This document shows, one piece after another, positions 1 to 14,149 of a stretch of 64,000 nucleotides of DNA. Positions within the stretch are counted from its first letter, which is position 1. The number at the start of each line of letters is the position of its first letter. The notes under the pieces are model-generated. The model did no database searches, was not told the DNA's origin, and worked only from the letters and a program-made list of their open reading frames with translations. The position numbers and the translations under genes were made by a program. This DNA comes from Mytilus trossulus (lineage: Eukaryota), in assembly GCF_036588685.1 (NCBI RefSeq), contig NC_086375.1:15500001-15564000 (forward strand). Reading direction: 5' to 3'.

Positions 1-103
1 TCTACTTAAACACACCAAAAAGCAATAAATCGATTAAAAATAACTAGTTCTATATGGGACATTATACTTTTGAATTTACTATGTTGTATAAGTAACATGC
101 CTG

Positions 104-272
104 TATAAAAAAGAAGATGTGGTATGATTGCAAATGAGACAAATATCCACAAAAGACCAAAATGACACAAACATTAACAACTATAGGTCACCGTACGGCC
201 ATCCACAATGAGCAAAGCCCATACCGCATAGTAAGCTATAAAAGGCCCCGATAAGACAATTTAAAACAATTC
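104..272 (+). mobile_element. Copy of dominant interspersed repeat
   Basis: AAAAGAAGATGTGGTATGATTG...CTATAGGTCACCGTACGGCC...GCTATAAAAGGCCCCGAT; reverse complement of 44395-44560. Confidence 0.8.
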
Positions 273-3198
273 CAAAAAATGTCTGTCAATTGTAAAGGCA
301 AAAGATAGCAAAAGTGAACTTTGAATGGGAAATTCCTGTTTTTCGAAATACTAAATGATGGAAAAAACAAAACTCAGAAATAAATGGAAGTGCTCCTTAA
401 TGGTTTAGATTTCCCTAATTCTAATATTAATCTTTGACTTTCGACATTTAAAATTGCCCACTTGGTTTTGTTAGAGATTGTTCTGTTCGAAACTTATTCT
501 TAGTATTGTATATGTATGTTATTGTTTTGGAAGTTCAAATTTTTACGTTTATTCTATTGTCCTTGCTTTTATTCATGCATGCATTTTGGTATCTTTTTAA
601 AAGTGTATCTTAGATTTTTGTCTTCCTTGCGATATAGTTGCTTCGGTATTAACCTCTAAATCCACCCAGTTCTCGGTGGTTTCAGCGATAACATTGCCAT
701 GCCGTATCTCAGATGGCAAATTTGACTAAAAATCGCTTTAATGGGGTTTCAGTCTGTGTTAAGACTTATTAGTTTCTGCATAATTTATCACATTTAGATA
801 AATGTTTTGAGTGACTTTACATTTCCGACATAACAAAGATGGCGATGTTAAGCTTCCTACGATCTAATCACTGACAACGAATTATCCGTATTTCCCGTCA
901 CGAACCCGAGAAAACATCGTGTTTAGTCTAAAGCTATTTAATTATCGTTGAGTGTTATTGTGATTGTGCGCTGATATTAGCTTGATTGAAGAACAGACTT
1001 TTAATGGCGTTCCTCATTTGTAAACTTGGTAATTTTAACATTATCACGAGGATTTCCGGTATCTTTGTTGATCGATAATATTTTTAAACATTTTTGTTTT
1101 ATTTTTCTTCTCTTAAAATAGTTATAAAGTTTTGTTTTGCTCTCGTTTAAGTCTGTTTTGCTGATTGTTTGACGATTGAGTGATGATACATGCTTCTAAA
1201 CATGGAGAAATAATCACAAGCTAGGTTTTACTCATTTTGACCACGATTGCTTTTGTTGACCACAACAAATCATGAACTGTTTTTTTTTTGTCGGTGACGT
1301 GTGCTATTCAAATATATGTATAAAGTAAAGGTCAGTCTTCAGGAAAGATATGCACAAATCAGATTTCCTAAAATTGCCGACTGCCAAGCAAAATTGAACA
1401 TTGTTCTATTTTTCATTTTTTTCATCCAATAAGATACTCTCATTTCAAGGTATGTGTCACGTGCACAAATTGCTAGCATCCATGCACATGTCTTACTTTC
1501 TCATAAGTTTTACCATTATTCTTTTATTTTCTTTCAATTTTCCACTTGCATCGTTTGAATCTAATATAGTAATAAATAATTAAGAAATATCAGAATTACT
1601 TTTTCATATTTAATGAATTTGAATCCTTAAAAATAGCGAATAAAGAAATTAATGAAAAAGTGATATTATGAATATTTAAAGGTAGCCATATATTTCTTAG
1701 GATAAAAACTTGACGACCTGATACTTCATCTTTTATTGAAAAACCATGTAATTGTAATGCATGATGTAAAACTGGATAGTCAGATGTCATGTTTTATTGA
1801 ATGAAAATGGTTCATTTTCTATAAATAATACCCCTATATCAATGTAAATGCAGTGACTACTAGTTTAAGTTCGAAAATCTTATCGACTATGCAGTAGGAA
1901 GGATTTGAAAGTTGGACATCTTATCGAAAAACGCAACAACTACAGTTAATTAACTGAGAAATCTGCTAAAAGGGTCAAGGTCGAAGCATATCGAAAAAGC
2001 CAGTCACCGTTTCAGTTCGATACAATCGGATTACTGACCAATTTGGATTTTTATGAGTTCCCATAAAAGTAATAACATAATATGTTCTTATATTAAAACA
2101 AATATGATCTATTTTTTTTAATGGTTAAAATACTCTAAGAATCAGAGTTTACATTCACATATGTGTGTGTTATTGAAGAAAGAGCGTGCTTGTCAAATAG
2201 CAAAGTCCGAAGGCCCTTGAACTTAAAGTGGAACGAAATGTCATTATCAAAATGCATCTGACAAGTTTTAATGGTAACCATGTAAACTGTTATTGTTAAA
2301 ATGAAAACAAACTTATTGAGTCCAATCATCCTATCGTATAGATTCATCCGTTAATGGCGGTTAAGTGGAGTACTTAGGTTTGACAGATGAATATAGCGTA
2401 GGTTTCTCTCACCTGGCTAAAGGTCATTGTACGTTTTACTTTTATAGGCCGTCTGCTTTATTTTTTCATCGTTTCATATCACTGTTTTCCTTGGTGATAA
2501 AAAAGGGGAGATTGGTCTGTTAGACAGACTTTAGCAAGAATGAAAGACCACCACTAATTCTTTGCAAAGAAACTAGAATGTAACGCCAAATTGGAAACAT
2601 TTACAAAAGAGACAACCGACGGCTTAGTTTATGATAAAATACGAAATCAAAACATGACAGACAGCAACCAACACAAACCAACAAATAGAAGCATTAACAA
2701 AGGAGGAAACTGGTGGCTTGCTTTGTGAATAGTCTATGATACAAAAAACGAAAAACAAAATATTATAAGACAGCACACAACCAACATCAACCATTGAATT
2801 ACAGGCTTCTGACGTAAGACACACACATAAAGGATGTGACGTGATTAAACATTCGTGTGAGCGCTCAACACTCTCCCTAGAACTGACAGACGTATGAGAA
2901 ACGACACAAGAACTGACTTTAAAAAAAGCATCTACTAGTATTCTATATTTACAAAGAAATAAAAGGAACTATTTCTAACACAGCATTGTATAAAAAATAA
3001 AAATAAAAAAAATTAGATAATTCCGGCATGCAAGACAAATACGAATTTTTAGCACTTTATAATTATTTGTCATGGCATTTTATACGTACATTAATAATAA
3101 GTACTTCAATAAATCATTTACAGAATTAAAAAAATGTATTCCATGGAGTTGCAGTTAAAAGAATGGAGGAGTTTTGGTGTAACGGCAACTATAAACAC

Positions 3199-3304
3199 TA
3201 AATAGTTCTGAAAGTACACAAATCAATATCACCAAAAGGATGTACGAGTTCTAAATAGTTCTGGAATACACAAATCAAAACCACATAAAGGGATGTACGA
3301 GTTC
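3199..3304. repeat. Tandem duplication, about 53 bp
   Basis: AAATAGTTCTG...TACACAAATCAA...GGATGTACGAGTTC occurs twice. Confidence 0.8.
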
Positions 3305-6300
3305 CGTGTTTGTACAAAAGTGCATGATGTTTACAAACATAGGTATTTAAGGTAAATCAAAAATAATAAATTACATCTTGTTTAAAAATATATTGTTTCA
3401 TACAAAACACGGATGGGAGTTGCACGAGCATCTATAGCAGCGTACGAAAAAAAGATGAAGAAATTTATACATTTATTGTTGTTTACGCCTAAACTGGTAT
3501 CGTGATAAAACAGAATGACGCATAACCAGCATTCCATGCATTATACATAAAAGAATAGTTCTTTGTAAAATTTCACTTGTACTTTTATGCATGCTAAAAG
3601 CCCAGTAACACATTGATATAACAGGAATTTTAGGGATGAGTGATTTACCAAAGTTAGCTTATATTTTGTTATAATTTAATATTTCAGTTTTGAAGAATTG
3701 TTCTCAAATTCTTATGCATTATACTCCTTAATAAAAGTTTAAACAAGTTCTAAGCTTTGTGGATAAGGAATTTTTCTGTACTTCTATTCGCCTCTTTTTC
3801 CTGCGTGTCAGCACTGTTCTTCCTAAATTACAGGGCTCCATCGCCCTTTAACCTGTTGGATTGTCATGAGACAATGCCAGGAATTAGAAATCCCAGTTTT
3901 GAAATTTTTAATTCCCCTATAATTTATTTCTGTATTTGACTTACTTAAGCCTTCTCTCACTTTTTTTTATATTAATTGGGCTCACTTGCATTGTCATATT
4001 TTGCCAGTTATCTTAAGACCTTGGTCTTTTGAGCTCTAGTCTATTTTCAACTCCTTATTTTCTGCAATAACTGTACGAACGTTTCCCCCACAACTAATTA
4101 TTATTTTGTTCAAAATAAAATGAAAACAAATTAATATTTGAACTTAGATTGCATCAATATATCGTTCCTATAATTTCTTAATGCAATAGTAAAAGTTACC
4201 AGCTTTTTTTCCAGATGTTGAAGTTTGTAGCAGACAAAGCCATTTTGATTGGTTAATAATAAAAAAAAACTTCCGCTTGTAATTTCCAGTGAATTTTTTT
4301 TTAGCAAACATCCCATTGGGTATTATTATCGAATTATTCCAGAGAAAAAGCAATACACATAATATAATAAAAATAGAATGTCAAAATTTCTATAATCTGA
4401 CTTAAGCCAATTTGTCACATGTTAAACACGGAATTGTTTGTGGGCTATTTAATTAGAGCGACAGCAATATTATTGAGGATCGTGGTTCGTCTCACCAATT
4501 TAATAATCTTGTAAAAAATCGCATAAAAGGTCAAATGAATTCATTAATTTAAACAGCAATTTCCCCTCTTCTCGAGCAATTTTGTTAGACTTCTAACCTT
4601 GTTTATTCAATAACAACTGTGAAAACTTTATATTCACTTCCCGCTTGAAGGTGTCACTAAGCATGGCTGTTTGGTCTGGTCGCAGTCTGTTCTTCACATT
4701 GCACCCGTTTTAAAACCATACAAATTAAAATAATCCTTCGAACATTCTATAGCAAAGTTGTTAATTGTCGGACTTTCTAACGGACAGAGGCATAATATGA
4801 TTTATATTCCCACAATCTTAAATCTTAAATCCAAGGAAACATTTTAAGAAATTAAAGAATAAAAGACAGATCTCAATATAATTCCCCAAAGAGTCAAACT
4901 TAAACAACTGAATGAGTTAAACAGACTACATAAGGATAGAATATAGGAGAGGGGCGATAAAATTATATACAAAACAAACTAAGACAAAAATCACAGCCAG
5001 TCAAATGTACAGGTTTTATTTGTAAAACAATGTTTATATACACACAAAATATTGACTAACTATATTGATCTGACAATAAATTTATTAACGACGCACCTCG
5101 GCAAAGATAGAGAAGTTAGAGAATGTGGTATGTTGAGTACAAAGATAACGACATAGTCATATAACTAACCTTACTACCCCTTCACAAAGGATTACCCATG
5201 TCCGACCAACCCAGGGACACCGGATGGAGACTTAGATATGACCGATATAAAAATTCTAAATTACTCTGAAACCATGAGCTGCCTGCTTTTTATAAGTTTT
5301 TGAGATTTCCTGTCACGGATATAGAGCCCATATGTCATTTGACAAGTTATATATCCCTTCCAATAAAGGCAGTACTTGAGATCTTGTAAAACCCACCATA
5401 AAACCACGGTGTAAATATTGTCCGTTCTTGTTTATTGTTTGTTTATTGCCGTCTTTGGTTTACAACATCTTATCATCTGACGGTTAGGTAATAAATATTA
5501 GAATATTAAAAAGACTTTAAAAATCTTTGTTTCTTGTTAAGAATTCGTGTTTTACAATATTGTTCAGATAAGGAGGTCTTCAATCATTAGTTAATGCGCG
5601 TCATTTTCGTATTTTTTAAGGCAAATATTACAAAAAATAAAGAAATATTTTAAGTTTCGCATTTCTGTTAGTCAGATGGGTGTGGAAACCTCAACTCGTC
5701 AATCATGATATTGCAGAAAGAAAACTTTAACTTGAATTCAGTCGTCTAAATTTCTTGGTTGTGCTTTCAAAAAGTTGATAATCCTTAGTAATTAATATAT
5801 TTCTGATTGTCTATTTAAAATCTAGTAACTCTGTTATCATATAACCAAGACGTGAACTTTGTATAAAGGTGCAGATTAGAAACCTGCCAAATAGATATGG
5901 CATATCAACTCTGTTCTCAATGCATTTTATATACCCTTAGATAGCGTGGTTTTGTGAACGGAAATTAAGTCTATGTAGATATAGTTTATAACAGCCATAT
6001 TGTAATAATATCACTGACACGTTGCTTGGCAGTATAACGTACGTAGTTATGATCGCGCGGGTAATATAAGTCAAGGGTAAAGCAATGAATTTATTACCCA
6101 GGGAAGGGCCAGTATAACGTTCAAAAGGATTTAAATGGAGAAAATTGGGACAAAATCTAAACAGCGGTATTATAGGAGGAAGACATTATCAGTAAAGATT
6201 TATCACGAGAGCAAAGTTTTACTGCTATCTTAACGTAGAATGAGATTACAGAACCACCCGGCTGAAGTCCATGTTGTAAATTTGTTAATACTCCGTCTAA

Positions 6301-8674
6301 AGTACACAGATATAAACGAGTTCAAACTTCACAAAAATAGAAATTTTAAAATTTTCTCAGGCTTGTCGGATTTTTATCCCTTTTCCATGATTAAATAAAT
6401 CCTTCCCAAATGAATCACAAGTCTCAAATGAAACAACATGGCTGACGGTAAAATACATTTTAAGAACATAACAGAAAAACACTCAAAACAATTTTACGAC
6501 TATTCTGTTCGTTCTATCCGCCGCAGTTTTATTATGTAAAAATAGAATAGCTTCATCCGATTATAAAATGATTCCAATATCATGCACAATGTTAGCGTAA
6601 AACGGAACTCGTGCCATCGTTGTTCCTGAAACGTTTTGTCTATTCAATATGACGTTGTTAGAGCCACTCTGCTAACCTTAAAATATTAATTGATGAAGTT
6701 CGAGATTACACGATTGACACAAGCGTACTTCTAGTAATGTGCTTCTCTGATTGTTTGTCTATTGTAAATACTGAGAATCCTCACGTTGTTATGTACATAG
6801 GGTTTCAAGGGCTGTTTACACCAAGCTGTTTCATCATATCGCAAATTATTAATTTGTCTATTTTTTATCGAAACAACAAATTTATTTAAGATTGCTTCAA
6901 TATGACCTTTGACGGTTATTCTGTTGTAAAATGTTTGCTCCTATTCCCTAAATCCACAGAATTATCGCCGTTTTTGTGTATTCTAGTTAACAAATACTTG
7001 TCACGCGAAATTATTGACTTTTTGCTATTAATCCAAGTTAAATTATACATATAAACAGTGAGATGTGTGCTCTGAACAGATAAGATAGAATAAATACAAA
7101 AACAGTTTGTGCAAAGTTTTCTCATTTGATTTACAATGTTTAGCTGTCTTAAACAGGTGAAAATCAAAACGTCAACAGAATAGATATTTTAAACTAAATA
7201 CAAATACAACGATATCTTGTTCACACAATCATATTAAACATGCAAACACAAATTATATATACACAGATCATTCTAATGTATACATAAATGTTTGAATATT
7301 ATATGGAATGCTTCCGTGAAAAAACTATATTTACATAATGAAAACTCAGTTAAATTGCACAGTCTAAACACCCAAAGATGTGCCCTATACGGGTATACGA
7401 CAAGCTATACTTCCTAACGACAGTCTTCGCTTTATCCGGGTTTATGTTGACGATAAATAAATGGTTTTAAGTAACATAGAACCAATAGAACAGATTAGGG
7501 AAATCCTGCAACCCAAAGCCGTAAGTGTGAAATAAAGACGTCCCTTTCTTTTGATGTTTCCGGTGTTCTTTTTTCTTTTCTTCACGGTGTTGTCGGTCTT
7601 CGTATGACTCATTGTTTTTGTTTGTCGCTTGGTATCTTATTTCTCTTTAAATAACAGTATGTTCAACCTCATTATGATATCAATAAATGACATATAAGAA
7701 AAAAAATAATTACAATCCAACAAGCATTTTAGAAAACATCCTAACCTCATCTAAAAAAAAATTCTTCCGGTTACATATGAAAAACACATACATAACCGGA
7801 ACTGACGTCAATTCTATCGGCACCACGTGAAGGTCAAAAATAATTGCTTTGAAAGAAAAAAAAAACGTTACTGCCAAAGAACAGTGTGTTGCCTCTGATG
7901 AATGTTACAAATTGCAGAGAATGTTCGCGAATCCATTTTCATTTTTTTTTATAAATAACCGTGTTATAACTCCTTTCAGGTTTCCCATTTTTGAAGTATT
8001 ACACGCCTTTGTATATTAATCATTTTGAAACTGTTCCCACGCAGTGTAAAATATGGGACATAAGCGTTATTAATCATGCAATTTAAAAAAAAGAGAGAGA
8101 GAATAAATCGTCAATATACATGTACCAACACCAAATTAATTATCATGTCTTAAGTTTTGGATCTAAAAAAAAATCCTTTCCGATTTTTAAACTACAAAGT
8201 TTTTGAATGAAATTTTGTATTCTCTTGAATGTCAGTATTGATGAATGTTCTATACCTGGAATAAAACCTGTTCAGAAACACGTCCATTGATTTTCAAATT
8301 AATGTTCCAGATTTTGAACCCTTCAAAAATTAAAGTAATGCGACAGCATTTAATATGAATTTCGCAATCAGTTTGTATGATGATTACTAGCTAAAAATTC
8401 AGTATGAAAATATAAAAACAGGAGAAGTAAAAATGACCGTTATCCTCGTATATCTTCATTTCCTTCTTAACTTTGATATAAGGGAACGCCTGACCAAAAT
8501 TTCTACAACAAAAACGTGACCGATGCAACCAAACTGTGAAAGTATCATATACCTTTATATAACTAATATATAAAGGAGAAATGGAAAGCCGGAAGTTTTG
8601 ATAGTTGATTCCGATATTGGTACTACTTTTCTTTTACTTTTGAAAATTTTGTAAAGACATTTTGCTTATTATAT

Positions 8675-8708
8675 CAAGGAAATATATATCTAAATATACA
8701 ATTCCTTG
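8675..8708. mobile_element. 34-bp imperfect palindrome with near-perfect 7-bp TSD (micro-MITE)
   Basis: CAAGGAAATATATAT...ATATACAATTCCTTG; flanks are ATTATAT and ATAATAT. Confidence 0.55.
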
Positions 8709-10075
8709 ATAATATGCAGTATAGAATTTTCCAACCCTCACTGAAACTTAAGTTTGTGCTCCGTCATCGTCTCATGAAGTTATATTCAAGGATTAATGTA
8801 TTTTGTTTTGTGTATTTCTTTATACAGCCTAACTTTTTTATATGACCATAAAACAGCAAGATGCAAGTGTAATTTGATTTCATTTTATAATATTGAAACA
8901 ATTTAGATCTTGAAAACCTCGGCATCATGAATAAAAACAACAATTTAGTTATCTGACTATTTTGATCATACATGTTGTCGGTTCTTTGGATGGTTTGTTC
9001 TCTCTTTGACATATTCCCCATTTCAATTCTCAATTTCAGATTTTATATTTTTATTTTTTAGCTAGCATTATGTCCTTTTGAACGTTGTCATGATTTGGAC
9101 CCCGTGAGATTATCTTGCATTTATTTATCAGATACAATGACCATTAGTTGTAAAATGTCAATAAATTTAACGTTATCTTATTAGTGACGGGAACAACTAT
9201 AAATAACAGAAATTGTGGTAACCTGTGAAAAGGATTGGGTCCAGATTTGTCCCTATCTAAAACATGTACGAGACCGGAATGGTCCTTGTAAACATGCTGT
9301 ATCTACAAACGCGACGATAACATAAGACACGGTGAAATAGAATCAAAACAAGAATTGAAAATTGTAAGACTACGACAATAAGTCAGCAACCCAACAACAA
9401 ACACAAACATAAAGACACATACGCAAATTTTGTATTACACACTTTTCTTATAGACTTAGTCTTGCTAATTGTTCTTTGTTACATGAATTTTCGTTAGGTA
9501 TAGTAAGTGAATAATTTTGAATGTGTTCTAAAGTCTTTGACTTAATTTTATCGTTGGATATGATGTATTTTTATAATTATGTGTCATTTCGTAGTTCATT
9601 TTTGTTATTGTACATGTATAACCTTTTTCTGATTCGTGTTGTTTTAAAATATTATTCTTTGTTGTCTAAATTTCGTATGTACGTTATCAATTTCAGACAA
9701 TTTCTTTTTATAATTGCAGCATTCGATGCATAGCAGCCACCGATGTTTTACTGTTTGCATCCCCTTTTAAAATTATATAATACACTCCATTCACTTCAGA
9801 CATATAAAACAATAAAAGCGATGTTGCTTTGCTTTGGGTTTGACAAAACCATGTTTAGTGAAGGAACATTTTTACATGTCAAATTGTCAATACACCATAG
9901 TCCTTCTTTCTCATTGAAGTGAAACTTGACTTATAAACCGTTTCATGACCATTCCATAATGTAAATTGTGTAGACAATGTAAAACGTCTGCTGCAATGCA
10001 GTCATAACCAGGTAAAAAGGTCATCTGATATTGAAAATCCGTGCTGACCAGAGGACATATATTCAAGTAATGAAA

Positions 10076-10165
10076 ATAAAATCGAGAATGGAAATGGGGA
10101 ATGTGTCAAAGAGACAACAACCCGACCAAATAAAAAAACACAACAGCAGAAGGTCACCAACAGGT
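10076..10165 (+). mobile_element. Interspersed repeat fragment (GAGAATGGAAATGGGGAATGTGTCAAAGAGA); inverted copy at about 8975-9035
   Basis: Two copies in opposite orientation. Confidence 0.6.
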
Positions 10166-10758
10166 GAAAAGTCTACATATATCTGGTGTTTTACCAGTAG
10201 TCTCCCCGAATCATGAAACTAAAGCTCACGAATTATAAAACTGAGGCTCACGATACAAGTGTCTTAACAAGAAAACAATTGGGTTATCATTAAAGACATT
10301 GTTTGAGATCGAGAACAGCCAATAATTTTTTAGACAGCATGTTGTTTCTCAATATTTTCTTTGACATGTGTTTTTTTTATATGTGAATAATAATGGTGTA
10401 GACTATAAGTATTGAGAATACAAGAATGAAAAGGAAACAAATCAACAATGTCACAAACATACACCTCTAGAGTAAAACCAAGGATTCGTATAGTGAAACC
10501 AAACGAACCAAAAGAAACAAATATTGCAAAAGTATACCAAATATTTTTTTTCCATACAATGTAGGACGAAACCCAAATAACGTATACCTTCAAAATATAA
10601 AGAATCGAATGACAAACCAGAGAAAAAAGACTGGACGCTAGTCTCATAAAACCGTAATAGTTTTCTTGTTGAAGACCGCATGTTGACATCTATATATCTT
10701 GATTGGTGTGTGTCTCTGTTTTGTTGCGTCATTGGTGTATACCCAATATACCTCTAAT

Positions 10759-10795
10759 CATGGAAGTATTATATTGTCAATATAATACTTCCATG
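10759..10795. mobile_element. 37-bp perfect palindrome with 7-bp TSD (micro-MITE)
   Basis: CATGGAAGTATTATATTG-T-CAATATAATACTTCCATG flanked by CTCTAAT on both sides. Confidence 0.75.
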
Positions 10796-12409
10796 CTCTA
10801 ATCATATAGAAGATTTTTGCAGAAGTGTATACTGTTACATTTCCATTTTGTACTGTCATACAAGGAGTGAAATATCAATGACAACCTATCTATCAAATTA
10901 CTTATGCATATATTTAAAAAAAATACGTATCACATGGTAAAATAATCGGCTATTAAATTGATATTTTTAAAATACAAAACTATTGTGAATTAAACCTTAT
11001 AAATCCATATTTTGAAATTTCAGATAATCAATTTTCAGTTTAAATAATTTCTTAATTTTTTAAAAGTGCTTGAAACTGAAATTGTATTCATTTATGTAAC
11101 CGCTTTAAGATTTTTGTTTTTATTTGCTGTTGAAAAAATAGTAATGATTATAAACTTCATTTTCTTGTTGGTAGACCTATTTAAAATTTAACTTATTACA
11201 TGAAATAAAATATGAATTATAACTAGTACATGCAATATTCAGTAAATAATCTAAAATATTTGAATATCTGCAAAATTTATTTTATACAAAATTGTATTTT
11301 AGCACTGGTCCATATTTGAATTAATAATTGACCAAAAATAAAATGAATTAAATGAAGAATTTTGTTTCTATAAAAATAAAAGTCCTTTCTCACTAAAGCA
11401 GGATAGGAGCTAAAATTTCCTGTAACATTATATCAAAATAAAACATGTTTAGATTTTTATAAATATTTCTTTAAGAAATTTTATGTCACTGACAAAAATC
11501 GGTTTCTCATCGTGGTTAAAGTTTAAATTTTAATATAAACATCGTGAAATTAGAGAATTATTTTATTGTCAAATAAATGATTAAATTTCCAATGTCATTT
11601 AAAAGAAGAATGATAGTTTTGACAACATTAAAGTATAACACATACAAAAACTTTCACCTAATCACACCTCATGTAATACATTCAACACCTGTAAAATCTA
11701 ACTAAAGACCGAAAATCCGCCCATAGTGCCCTGAAGTTAGTTTTTTCTATGTATATCTATACAGTTTGACCAGGTGTACGGCAACTTAAGTAATTTTAAA
11801 GCAAACAGTACATTAAAACAGCTTAAAACTAATGGTAAAGGATCTATGTTCCGATGCAGATGTGAGAAAATATTTATCTAATTGGAAAGAAATTTCTTGT
11901 ATTGTCGAAAATTCAAAACATATCAAATACCTTTTTCCGAATGGAAACAGAAGTATGACAGAGTTTGCTTTTTCTTAAGTGGAAGATGTTGTATAAGACG
12001 AAAATATTTTCCCGTTTTTTAACAACAAAATGATTAAATTTAAAACTTGTGGCAGGTACGTGAATTAATGACGAAACTCCTATCTCCTTCTAACGGAGAT
12101 AAAATATCAAACGTCTTAGTGTGCGTAGCAACGATATCCCGCTAGTCGCCAGTAACTGATATTACGGACGGGTACATGACAAATCGTAGCGTGGATAGAT
12201 AGGCCTTGGACATAGCTTGGATTCACACAAAGTGGCGCCATTCTGTGAAGTTTTTCGTTGGAAAGAAATTGAAATATTTCTAAAGTTGTAAAATTTGAAA
12301 CAAGTTGTAAACAGGAAGTTAAGAGATAAATTTCCAATGATAATTTCCTTTCTATTCAATTTTTTTTTTATAAATAAGCTACGAAATATAATTTCAAATT
12401 AAATTATTA

Positions 12410-12889
12410 TTTATTTTTTATATCTAAACGTTTTAAATTCTTATGTATTCTTTAAGAAATATTTCCATATCTTTCCAACTTGATATATATAAGTATGTGT
12501 GTTTCAAATAAATAAATAGCAATCAAGTTTCAATAATATATTTCAACATCTACATGAAAATATCTTTTTCTACATTTAATAATTTTACAAAATAACTTAC
12601 GAAACGATATTCTGTGTCACTGTTCAATAAATAATATCATTTTCTACATTAATAAAATATCACTTTTCCATCAAATAGTTATTTTATAGTTAAGAGAAAA
12701 AGCACTCTATCTCTTTAGTCTCTGAATAGTTCCTCTACTTCTTAAAGGACAAAAAGCAAAAATATACAAACTTTTGTTCACCGGCGGCTCGCTATGTTCA
12801 AGAAAAAACAAGAAGCACACATCGCTAACGCAGAACACAAATTGTTGATAAATCTTTGGTTAACAGCTATAAAATTGAATGTTATTTCT
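12410..12889 (-). other. Probable FoxA 3' UTR with AU-rich elements and candidate AATAAA at 12410-12415
   Basis: Very AT-rich sequence after the stop codon; UAUUUAUUUAU on the minus strand near 12506-12518; first minus-strand AATAAA I noted is at 12410-12415. Confidence 0.4.
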
Positions 12890-14068
12890 CTATAAACTAC
12901 CCACACTATGAGGTGCATATGTCTTGTAATAGCCATTATTGTCCGGTCCAGGCATATGTGATAAGTCTTTAGTCATTGGCGGTAGCGCCATAGCATGGGG
13001 ATTGTAACCTCCATATCCCTGCATTTCGTACATTTTCATGTCCATTTTGGCACTGTCTGTGATTAAACTATTTATAGAGAACGGATGATTAAATGAGTGA
13101 GGATGATTTAAGTGTCCGGCGGGATGTCCGGCTGGATGATTGTACCCCTGCGAAACTATATCATGCTGCATATGTCGAATGTTCGGGGTCATATCGTGGC
13201 GTTCATGTTGCTGGACGGGTGTTGGCGCACTATGTTCATTACTCAATGGTTCCGATTTAGTTTCCGGAATCTCATGTCCTGACGGTACGTGATTTTGTGG
13301 TGGTGGTGGTGGTGGTGATGGGGAACATCCATCTCTACTGTCGGGCGATTTACAACTGTCATCGTCATCTCCTGAACATGACTGCCTCATCATTTCTTTC
13401 TTTACACATTTGAAGCGTTTCTGGCGTCGGAGGTAACATCCATTTTCAAACATATTACCTGAGTCGGGATGAAGAGCCCAGTAGCTGCCTTTTCCAGGAC
13501 GGTCTGGTGTTCTCGGAACTTTGACAAAACAGTCATTAAAAGATAAACTATGTCTGATAGAATTCTGCCATCTCTGTTGATTCTGACGGTAAAACGGAAA
13601 TAAGTCCATAATAAACTGGTATATTTCACTAAGCGTACACATTTTGTTCGGTGACTGTTGAATAGCCATAGTGATCAGAGATATGTAAGAATATGGCGGC
13701 TTTGCATGTGTATAACTTCTACGATACGTTTTGTCCCGTGCCCTGTTAATAGCCTGGGCCCTGTTAAACGATTCCATTCTCATAGGGCTCGTCATGCCGT
13801 TCATTGGTGGTAGACTTCCCATTCCATTCACTGAAGCTATTGAATTCATAGAATTCATACCGGGTGGCATGGATGCTGCATGCATACCCATACCCATGCT
13901 GGACATTGCTTGCGGTGGCATACCTCCCATGTTCGGAGGAGAATAGTTCATATTGCTCATAGCCATAGATCCCATAGACATAGTCCCATAACTGTTCATA
14001 TTTGGCATTGATGTCATAGTATATCCACTGCTGCAACTGGGGTCGTATGGAGACTTAGTTGACAACAT
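12890..14068 (-). CDS. FoxA: Forkhead box A (HNF3) transcription factor, single coding exon, 392 aa
   Basis: The forkhead domain has the FoxA signature ([109 protein letters not shown]). There is a Met-rich N-terminus and a C-terminal eh1-like HPFSINSLI. The ORF-track start at 14146 is GTG. ATG 14068 (MLSTK...) fits the FoxA 'ML' start; an in-frame ATG at 14119 is an alternative. Confidence 0.97.
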   Translation of the reverse strand: MLSTKSPYDPSCSSGYTMTSMPNMNSYGTMSMGSMAMSNMNYSPPNMGGMPPQAMSSMGMGMHAASMPPGMNSMNSIASVNGMGSLPPMNGMTSPMRMESFNRAQAINRARDKTYRRSYTHAKPPYSYISLITMAIQQSPNKMCTLSEIYQFIMDLFPFYRQNQQRWQNSIRHSLSFNDCFVKVPRTPDRPGKGSYWALHPDSGNMFENGCYLRRQKRFKCVKKEMMRQSCSGDDDDSCKSPDSRDGCSPSPPPPPPQNHVPSGHEIPETKSEPLSNEHSAPTPVQQHERHDMTPNIRHMQHDIVSQGYNHPAGHPAGHLNHPHSFNHPFSINSLITDSAKMDMKMYEMQGYGGYNPHAMALPPMTKDLSHMPGPDNNGYYKTYAPHSVGSL

Positions 14069-14149
14069 TGTCAAATAGTCTCCCGACTGCGGGCAATCCA
14101 AACTTTGTTTCTCGTACATAATTACCAACAAATAGTTGTAAAACACTCT

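Noticed and set aside
560-1060. Possible decayed coding sequence on the minus strand
   Set aside because: Only short stop-interrupted frames with no recognisable domain; cannot be supported.
1401-12359. Numerous 60-120 aa ORFs
   Set aside because: Low-complexity F/I/L/K-rich translations expected by chance in AT-rich DNA; many start at non-ATG codons or overlap repeats.
13402-14036. Overlapping or antisense small ORFs within FoxA (likewise within AOC and gag-pol)
   Set aside because: Shadow ORFs of real coding sequence with no recognisable motifs.
14069-14146. 26-aa N-terminal extension of FoxA from the ORF track
   Set aside because: It starts at GTG; the eukaryotic start is more likely ATG 14068 (or 14119).
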